Virus record (IMG/VR): IMGVR_UViG_3300009008_000002
Source: a virus
Lineage: Duplodnaviria; Heunggongvirae; Uroviricota; Caudoviricetes
Direction: 5' to 3' (one strand)
DNA length: 64,000 nt
Shown: piece after piece, positions 57,536 through 64,000 of the stretch
Layout: each line of letters starts with the position of its first letter
How positions within the stretch are numbered: position 1 is the first letter of the stretch
The notes under the pieces: model-generated
What the model saw: the letters and a program-made list of their open reading frames with translations, nothing else
Database searches by the model: none
Told to the model about the DNA's origin: nothing
Program-made: the position numbers and the translations under genes

Positions 57536-59281
57536 TTACTTAGTAACCGAAACTGGCTGTGCAACAGGAGCCGGTTTCGGAGTCGGAGTCGGTTTCTTCG
57601 GAGCTACGGCCTTTGGAGCCGCACGAACGGGAATCGTGGGTGTTGCGCTTTTCAGATCCGTCCAGAGGGTTCCTTCGCCAGCGTAGAGCAATTGAAGGTC
57701 AATATCCTCTGGCAACCCTTCAGCGAACTGCCATTTCGTATACGCCGTGCTGTCACCAAACGCCTGAACAGCGAGACGGAATTTATCAGCCTGTGCTTCT
57801 GCTTGCACTTTTTCAGCAGTAGCCTCAGCTTCACCAAGGGTTCGGGTGATTTCCGCCTGAATTTCGGCAACCTGCTTTTGAATAGCGGCTACCTGCTTGT
57901 CCGTTTCGGCGTCAATTTCCTTACCTTGCTTCTCACCTTCTCGCTTTTTCTCTGCAACCAATTTCTTGGTATCTTCGGTGACTTTATCCGATTCCAGCTT
58001 CACCTGTTGCTCAGCTTCCCGAAGGTTAGCTTCGATCTTGGCGGTGTCACCTTCAACTTTTCTGGTGAGTTTTAATTCCTCGGCAACATAGCCCTTTTGA
58101 ATAGGCTCACGAATGTCCTTCGGAATATAAATGTGCCTCACCAGGGCGTAGAGAAGCGTCAGATTTTTACCAGGAACCTCAATCTCTTCGCTGATTTCCT
58201 TGATAGTTCCATCTTCCTGCTTCTTCTTCAACACTTTCGTCATCGAACCACCTTCAAGCACCAGCTTGAATTCTTTGGTGGTCTGCTCTTGGAAAGCCGT
58301 TCGTGTGATGCCTTCCAATAGTTCCGTCGCCTCTAATTTAGAACCATTGTTACGGCTGATCGACTCACTTTGCGGGATGATAACCTTATCTCGCACGGCA
58401 TCCACATTACCGAACGTCCGCACTACATCTGGGGCTTGGTCTGGCATGACGCCCCAAATACTTGTGAAGTCCATCACGATTTTACGACCATCATCAGACG
58501 GGAAGTTAATACCAGTCCCAGGAACCGGCTGTGCCTCTCCACTTTCATCCTTCACGATCTTGCCGTTCTCGTCGTGAACAACGTCTGCGATGATACTGGT
58601 TTCCGTATAACCGATTTCGACAACATCAACCTGTGCTTCTCTCGGATTGATTGGATACAGACCCGGAGGCAACACGTCGTCGTGGGTGCCAGCAGCGATG
58701 CTAGACGCTTTATCAGCCGTCAAATAAGTCACAACACCAACATAACCAGCAGGGATTTTGACCCACCCGGAATGTTTAATTTGCGTTGCGCCTTCTCGAC
58801 CAACCGAATCTTGCTGCTCTTGGATGATTTTAAACTCGTAGGCGTAGGGATGGGCACGATAGCGGCCTGGACCGAAGCATTTTCGGAGAATACCCTTGTG
58901 CTGCGCTGTGTCCAAATCACCATCGACCAAGAATTCACCCTTGGGCAACTCATTTCCCAACTTGCTGGTGCAAATACCAACATTGCCCGGCTCAATCACC
59001 ACATCTGGAACGATGTTGCGCTCGTAGTAAATCGGGTTATAAAAGTGGCGACCGGGACCACGCAAATCCCGAAGAACACCAACTTCACCCTCTTCCGCAA
59101 AGTGACCGGCTTTGGCATATTTCAAGCCAACCCGGAAGATCAGTGGCCCTTTCCATCGTAGCTGCAAGCTAGACCCTTCAGGGACATAGACTCGGCAGAT
59201 TCCCCATTGAAAGGCTTCGTAGGCAAGGAAGCACAGGAACAGAGCAGCAACGGCACCAACACCAATTCTCAAGTTTCTCAT
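57536..59281 (-). CDS. SPFH/band-7 (flotillin/prohibitin-like) domain protein with long coiled-coil and Pro/Ala-rich tail
   Basis: N-terminal TM, SPFH-like core, then charged coiled coil (…AEIQAEITRTLGEAEATAEKVQAEAQADKFRL…) typical of flotillin-like proteins. Confidence 0.6.
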   Translation of the reverse strand: MRNLRIGVGAVAALFLCFLAYEAFQWGICRVYVPEGSSLQLRWKGPLIFRVGLKYAKAGHFAEEGEVGVLRDLRGPGRHFYNPIYYERNIVPDVVIEPGNVGICTSKLGNELPKGEFLVDGDLDTAQHKGILRKCFGPGRYRAHPYAYEFKIIQEQQDSVGREGATQIKHSGWVKIPAGYVGVVTYLTADKASSIAAGTHDDVLPPGLYPINPREAQVDVVEIGYTETSIIADVVHDENGKIVKDESGEAQPVPGTGINFPSDDGRKIVMDFTSIWGVMPDQAPDVVRTFGNVDAVRDKVIIPQSESISRNNGSKLEATELLEGITRTAFQEQTTKEFKLVLEGGSMTKVLKKKQEDGTIKEISEEIEVPGKNLTLLYALVRHIYIPKDIREPIQKGYVAEELKLTRKVEGDTAKIEANLREAEQQVKLESDKVTEDTKKLVAEKKREGEKQGKEIDAETDKQVAAIQKQVAEIQAEITRTLGEAEATAEKVQAEAQADKFRLAVQAFGDSTAYTKWQFAEGLPEDIDLQLLYAGEGTLWTDLKSATPTIPVRAAPKAVAPKKPTPTPKPAPVAQPVSVTK

Positions 59282-59316
59282 TTATGAATCTCCTATTCGG
59301 ACGGTTCGGTTTCTAG

Positions 59317-60966
59317 TTAGTTGGCGGGTTTCTCAGCAGGAACAGGCTTAGGAGCGGGCTTCTTTTCAGGAGCCTTCTCGACGGGCTTAGTCGTCGTCGT
59401 GCCATCCTCTTTGACTTCCGCAACGGCAGGGGGCTTGTAACCCTCAGTCTGCTCTGAGAATTCCTTGAAAACAGCAACCACCGGGCTATCAGCCGTATTT
59501 ACCATCATCTTCTGGTAGGCGGGAGCCATCTTCTTAAGGAACGTCCAGCGAGCAAACTCGTCACCGTTTCCACCAAAGGCATCAACGGAATTCTTCCAGC
59601 CAGCAGCTTCGGCTTCGTTGTTAAAACCGATAACATCAGCAGCCGCTTGTCCCTTGGCGATTGTTGCAGAAGCCTTGTCTTTCGCTGCTTCTAGCTCCAA
59701 CTTGGCGACTTCAAGTTCCTGATTGGCTTGAAGTAGTGCCAATTCCTGATTTTTATTCGCCTCGGTAACAATTACGACCACTTCTTGCTCTGCCTCAACC
59801 AACTCTTGCTTTTGCAGCACCATAGCCTTCTCGATGGCCAGGGTTTTCTCAGAGTCTTGCTGGTCAATTTCTTTCACATACTGAGCGGCTTCCTGAACAG
59901 CAAGTTGCCGATCTCGAATAGGCTCAGCAATTTTTTCGGGCGGATTGATTTTCGTAATCAACGCCTGAATGATTTCGATACCTTGTTTGGCACACGTCGC
60001 CTGTAGGTCTCTCTGGAATTCATTCTGGAAAGCAACACGGGTTTCACCGCTAATAAATTCCCGGCCAGAGTGGCTAGAACCTTCAAGTCGAACGAAACTA
60101 CGTGCGTTCGGCAAGATAATCTTTGAAATAATCTCTTCGTCAATCGCATCGCCGTTATCGGTATCGTTGTAGATAACGTAAACCTCGGACGCTTTTTCAG
60201 GCATCACGCGAAATTCGATGATACCCTGCAAACTAACCCAGAAACCGTCGATAGTCGGAAATCCCAACTCTTCCTCGCCTAGCTGAGCGAGATTAAACCT
60301 CTGAGAACGGCAGTCAACAAGGTTGATGTTGGTCACAAAGGGATTGACGTAGTAAGTGCTGGGTGCAAGCGTAGGATTTTGAACGCCTCGCTTTTTATCT
60401 TCCACCAACAGAACATTGGTGTCATCGGGAAGCGGCGCGGATAGCTCGGTGACGATACCTTTAAAACCGGCTGGAATCGTGATCGGGTCGTATAGCAAGA
60501 TATGCTCGGCGTAGCTGTCGCCATCTTCTCTCGGTGGAGCGCCTTCCAACTTAGCATTGATGGCATAACGACCAGGACGAAGCACTTCGGGCACGATACC
60601 TTTCTGGTTTTCCTCCCAAGCAATCAAGTCTCTGGGAGGCAAATCATCACCATACAGCCTCACCCGAACACCCAACTTGCCTTCAGGAATCTCAATCTGC
60701 GGAACTACAGTCCAGTCCCAAGAGTAGGGATTGTAGAAATAACGGCCTTCCGCAAGCACCTTCTTTTGCACCCCCTTGTAACTTTCGTCAGGTGCAATTT
60801 CTGCATCCGTGGGCATGTCATTCCCAGTCTTCTTGATCATAATCACCATCTGCTTTGTCGGGCATTCAATCCGACATTGCGTGTAGACGAAAAACGGTGT
60901 CACAATCAACAAAATAAGGGCCACACACCCCCCAACCAACCATTTCAGTCCTGCATCAGATCCCAT
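59317..60966 (-). CDS. SPFH/band-7 flotillin-like protein (paralog of upstream gene)
   Basis: N-terminal TM; EA-rich coiled coil …QELALLQANQELEVAKLELEAAKDKASATIAKGQAAAD… as in FloA/YqiK-type flotillins. Confidence 0.65.
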   Translation of the reverse strand: MGSDAGLKWLVGGCVALILLIVTPFFVYTQCRIECPTKQMVIMIKKTGNDMPTDAEIAPDESYKGVQKKVLAEGRYFYNPYSWDWTVVPQIEIPEGKLGVRVRLYGDDLPPRDLIAWEENQKGIVPEVLRPGRYAINAKLEGAPPREDGDSYAEHILLYDPITIPAGFKGIVTELSAPLPDDTNVLLVEDKKRGVQNPTLAPSTYYVNPFVTNINLVDCRSQRFNLAQLGEEELGFPTIDGFWVSLQGIIEFRVMPEKASEVYVIYNDTDNGDAIDEEIISKIILPNARSFVRLEGSSHSGREFISGETRVAFQNEFQRDLQATCAKQGIEIIQALITKINPPEKIAEPIRDRQLAVQEAAQYVKEIDQQDSEKTLAIEKAMVLQKQELVEAEQEVVVIVTEANKNQELALLQANQELEVAKLELEAAKDKASATIAKGQAAADVIGFNNEAEAAGWKNSVDAFGGNGDEFARWTFLKKMAPAYQKMMVNTADSPVVAVFKEFSEQTEGYKPPAVAEVKEDGTTTTKPVEKAPEKKPAPKPVPAEKPAN

Positions 60967-61055
60967 GCGAGTTCTCCTTGTTTCGAGTTTGGGACGACGG
61001 TTTGGAAATTTTCGACTTCACCAACATTTTACCACAAAAACGGCAATTGTGAAGC

Positions 61056-61895
61056 TCAAATAGAAAATGTGACAAGTTCCGGCAACATGACGACTGAGAG
61101 TTTACCACCTAACCCAGCCCCCGTATCTACCATGATCCTACCATGTCTAGGGTTGTTCACGGATTTCACAACCAGAACATCAGGCACATTCAAGTGACCT
61201 GAAACTACAATTTTGGGATAATTGACGACTCGATAAGGAATATTAAATGAATGAAGCCAAGGATTTCTGTATATATTGTCACGATTTCTGAGAACTTTAA
61301 GCTGATCAGGAATCGTGGGCCAATTTTGCAAACCATTCTCTTTAGGCATACCAATACACTGCTGCGGTTCATGGTTGCTAGGCCAAACAGTCTGATCAGG
61401 AACCAATCCCGAATGCACAAAAATATAATCAGGATGCTCGACACACCACGGCATCATATTGATGAACTTTTTGTGATGAAACGGCACCCGGTTCATTAAA
61501 GAAAACCAATCCATGTGATTGCATCCGTAGGACGAAAAAGTGTATCTGGAATACTTGTGCGTGGCCCAAGTGTCTCTTACCCTAGCCTTACGCCCCAAAT
61601 AATCAATGGCACCTATGGCCACACCAAAACCTAAATCGTGATTTCCCAAACACGCAGTACACTTGTGCTTCTCAGTCAACTCGATAACGGTTTCAATCGT
61701 CTCTTTTTGCTTCCTGCCATAATGATCAACAATGTCGCCCAAAAAAACAATCCACCTATCTTCGGTTAGATAGCCTTCTTTCTTTATCTTATTTAAAAGA
61801 TAATCAAGACGATCCTTCTCGCCATGAACATCTCCAAAAACAGCTACCGGGCCGTAAATCCTTTGAGGTAGGGTGTTGTTAAAGTGGTGGATCAT
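61056..61895 (-). CDS. calcineurin-like metallophosphoesterase, lambda-phosphatase/PPP-family-like
   Basis: GDVHG, GDIVDHYG, GNHD motifs in canonical order. Confidence 0.75.
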   Translation of the reverse strand: MIHHFNNTLPQRIYGPVAVFGDVHGEKDRLDYLLNKIKKEGYLTEDRWIVFLGDIVDHYGRKQKETIETVIELTEKHKCTACLGNHDLGFGVAIGAIDYLGRKARVRDTWATHKYSRYTFSSYGCNHMDWFSLMNRVPFHHKKFINMMPWCVEHPDYIFVHSGLVPDQTVWPSNHEPQQCIGMPKENGLQNWPTIPDQLKVLRNRDNIYRNPWLHSFNIPYRVVNYPKIVVSGHLNVPDVLVVKSVNNPRHGRIMVDTGAGLGGKLSVVMLPELVTFSI

Positions 61896-61962
61896 ATCAG
61901 TATAAATGAGAACATAAATGTTTTTTTTAAGTTATTTTGGTGTTGACTCCGATACATAAAAT

Positions 61963-62616
61963 ATGAAGAAAAAATGTTCAAAATGCCAGGAAAACAAAGA
62001 CTCGGAAGCCTTCACAAAAAGATCATCATCCAAAGATGGATTACACCCGTGGTGTAGAAGTTGTGTCCAAGATTACAATAAAAACCATCACAAGAGAAAC
62101 AAAAAATCTGCTAATGTAAGAAATAAAAAATGGCGAGAAAACAATGTAGAATACAACAAAGAAAGAAATAGAAAATGGATGGTAGAAAATGCAGAATACC
62201 GTCAAGAGTATAAAAAACGGCACAGAAAAGAAAATAGAGAAAAAATAAATTCATACAAAAGACAAAGAAGACTAGAGTTGTCCCAAGACCCACTATTCCG
62301 ACTTGAGACCAACCTTAGAAAAAGACTTTATAGAGCTATTAAAAAAATAGAGGGAAACGCTCTTGAAAACAAAAGCATCTCCCTCGAAAGCAGCAATTTA
62401 CTTGGTTGTTCTATTCAGGATTTACAAAAACACCTTGAAAAGCAATTCACCAAAGAAATGAGTTGGAACAATTATGGACAATGGCACGTAGACCATATTC
62501 GTCCAGTTTCCAGTTTTGATCTAACTGACAAATCTCAAGTTCAAGAATGTTTTCATTATGCAAATTTACAACCTTTATGGGCCAAAGATAACTACAAGAA
62601 GGGTTCATCATATTAA
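61963..62616 (+). CDS. HNH endonuclease with N-terminal Cys4 zinc finger and basic repeat region
   Basis: C-terminal GQWHVDHIRPVS…NLQPLWAKDN (HNH: H-N-H with DH and N..N). N-terminal CSKC…CRSC. Repeated NKKWRENNVEYNKERNRKW-like basic units. Confidence 0.75.
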   Translation: MKKKCSKCQENKDSEAFTKRSSSKDGLHPWCRSCVQDYNKNHHKRNKKSANVRNKKWRENNVEYNKERNRKWMVENAEYRQEYKKRHRKENREKINSYKRQRRLELSQDPLFRLETNLRKRLYRAIKKIEGNALENKSISLESSNLLGCSIQDLQKHLEKQFTKEMSWNNYGQWHVDHIRPVSSFDLTDKSQVQECFHYANLQPLWAKDNYKKGSSY

Positions 62617-63377
62617 TAAGCCCAACTTGCCTTTCTCAATCACATCCCTTACCTTCGTAGTTTTCTTGCCTGTGCGGTGATCTACCGCTCGACTCTGGAT
62701 GTAATTGTAAGTGCGAATCTTGTCTGAACCGCTACCATCACCTATTTGCTCTTTACGACGCCGATCATAATCCTTCTGATCTTGTTTCGATTTCATTTTT
62801 GAAACCTTTACAGAAAGAATACGATGCGCCTCACGTCGGTTTTGGTGTTGATTGCGACCATCAATCACAACTTGCATGTTGGTTGGTCGATGAATCATCC
62901 TCACACAAGATTCTGTACGATTGCGATGTTGTCCTCCAGGCCCTTGACCTACTGCTGTTTTAACTTCTAATTCGCTTTCTGGCAATAATTTAACCTCACG
63001 CTTTGAAGGCATAGGCAAAACTGCCACCATAACAAAAGAAGTCTGGCGGCGTCCTTTACTCTCCGTAGGTGGGACTCGCTGAATGCAATGCACACCAGCC
63101 TCTTGGCTAAACAGAGTCGCAGCTTTTTGACCAGAAATGCGGGATGTTACTTCACCCTTGACTGAATCAAGGATTTCAACTTTTAGGCCATTAGATTTGG
63201 CAAACTTAACATAAGCTGCAAAAAGATCATGGACGAATAATTTAGAATCTTCGCCCCCTTTGCCAGCATGGACCTCTAGGATGATCTCATTAGACTGGCT
63301 AAAGACACCCCCATCCCTTCAACGTGTTCTGTGTGTTTTGCGCATTGTTAAAGATACCTCCGATTTCTTTTACCCAT
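62608..63377 (-). CDS. class I peptide chain release factor homolog (RF1-like PxT/GGQ) lacking domain 1; frame assembled via two putative +1 frameshifts (at 63351..63348 and 63302..63299)
   Basis: Contiguous frame 63301..62608 encodes LEVHAGKGGEDSKLF…IQRVPPTESKGRRQTS…GQGPGGQHRN…DKIRTYNY…DHRTGK (RF domains 2-4). No in-frame start codon exists upstream of domain 2 in that frame. An upstream SD+ATG mini-ORF (63377) and two CUU-stop-C shift sites connect the frames. Confidence 0.55.
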
Positions 63378-63570
63378 TTTCTTGTCCTCCATATTGATAA
63401 AGTAATTCTTCGACGGTAATGGGTTTACCGTCTCGGTCAAACACTAAAACATTGTCTGGTTGTCTAGTATCTATCGCCACACTCAGTCTTTTGCACCTGT
63501 TGTTGCGCAGCCAACTCCAATCTTCGTCACGGAGTTTGATCAGATACTCAATCAGGCTATCAACGTCCAT
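63370..63570 (-). CDS. hypothetical protein (66 aa)
   Basis: ORF; 3' end overlaps the SD/mini-ORF of the RF gene. Confidence 0.3.
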   Translation of the reverse strand: MDVDSLIEYLIKLRDEDWSWLRNNRCKRLSVAIDTRQPDNVLVFDRDGKPITVEELLYQYGGQENG

Positions 63571-63594
63571 TGTGGCATTCTACCACAAATTGGC

Positions 63595-63981
63595 TCATTG
63601 TGAAGCCTCTGGCGGCATATCTGGCGGTAATTCCTGTGGCAAAGTCTCTCGTTGCGGCTTAGCTGGGGGCTGAACCCCAATTTTAGGAAGCACGGTGAAA
63701 ATCACAACAGACCGTTTCGAGTGTGGATTATTAAAATGAAGCGGTGACGGTTCCCACTGGAAGAACCACGAATTTCGCTCATAATTATCACGAGGAATGT
63801 AAACTTCGTAGCCTGCTGGGCCTTTTTTACACCACATCACTCGATATTCGTCATCTCCCACGGGCGTCTCTATTCTACGAGAAACATCTAGCCACAGTTT
63901 TCTATCCAAATCAACGCTGAGGGCTGTTTTAGCAATCCAACAACCTTCGCCTTCTCTCAAATCCACGATCCTTTTTGGCAT
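63595..63981 (-). CDS. hypothetical protein (128 aa)
   Basis: ORF. Confidence 0.35.
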   Translation of the reverse strand: MPKRIVDLREGEGCWIAKTALSVDLDRKLWLDVSRRIETPVGDDEYRVMWCKKGPAGYEVYIPRDNYERNSWFFQWEPSPLHFNNPHSKRSVVIFTVLPKIGVQPPAKPQRETLPQELPPDMPPEASQ

Positions 63982-64000
63982 AAATCGAGCTTCCCCAGCT

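Noticed and set aside
57533-59161. Plus-strand ORFs (180 aa, 263 aa) over the SPFH gene
   Set aside because: Antisense shadows of 57536..59281; low-complexity Ser/Leu/Phe-rich translations.
63319-63345. Alternative explanation for the release-factor frame break: UGA read-through or alternative genetic code starting from ATG 63345
   Set aside because: TGA, TAA and TAG all terminate confident genes in this window (for example, TGA ends the AAA+ ATPase). No other gene shows in-frame stops. The two perfect SD-CUU-stop-C cassettes are better explained by programmed +1 shifts.
63370-63570. 66-aa ORF ending in …YGGQENG as possible missing N-terminal domain 1 of the release factor
   Set aside because: No similarity to RF domain 1; the 'GGQ' there is coincidental and the frame ends in TAA before the RF mini-ORF.
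1-64000. CRISPR arrays or integrase/transposase genes
   Set aside because: No regularly spaced direct repeats and no recognisable integrase/transposase motifs were seen by eye.

Overview
The window is gene-dense and mostly minus-strand coded. It has two visibly AT-rich plus-strand/mixed islands (about 20.9-23.2 kb and 35.7-54.1 kb) set in a mid-GC background. Most ORFs have no recognisable homology. The recognisable ones look like a bacterial mobile/viral accessory genome, possibly a jumbo-phage-like element. This is an inference: no capsid, portal or terminase gene is recognisable in the window.

Recognisable genes (all standard genetic code; TAA, TAG and TGA are all used as stops):
- Orphan protein-quality-control genes: an ARC/Mpa-like AAA+ ATPase and a ClpX with no ClpP.
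- A TIR-domain protein.
- A tRNA(CAU).
- An orphan CsrA.
- An RNA/DNA repair cluster: RtcB, an unknown ORF, a P-loop polynucleotide-kinase::SLOG fusion, a zinc-ribbon protein, a ParB-like protein with an acidic tail, a minimal ATP-dependent ligase nucleotidyltransferase domain, and a NYN RNase.
- A large glycan-modification island: NeuB/NeuA-like nonulosonic acid synthesis, Glf, an RmlC-like epimerase, two radical-SAM enzymes, GT2s, several sulfotransferase-like and SAM-methyltransferase paralogs, and a LAGLIDADG homing endonuclease. There is no Wzx/Wzy or exporter.
- A UvrD-like SF1 helicase, two tandem SPFH/flotillin-like proteins, a lambda-type PPP phosphoesterase, and an HNH endonuclease.

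The most striking feature is a bacterial class-I release factor (RF1-like PxT and GGQ motifs) that lacks domain 1. Its reading frame can only be assembled through two consecutive prfB-style +1 frameshift sites (SD-like, 3 nt, CUU-stop-C) built on UAA and UAG rather than UGA.
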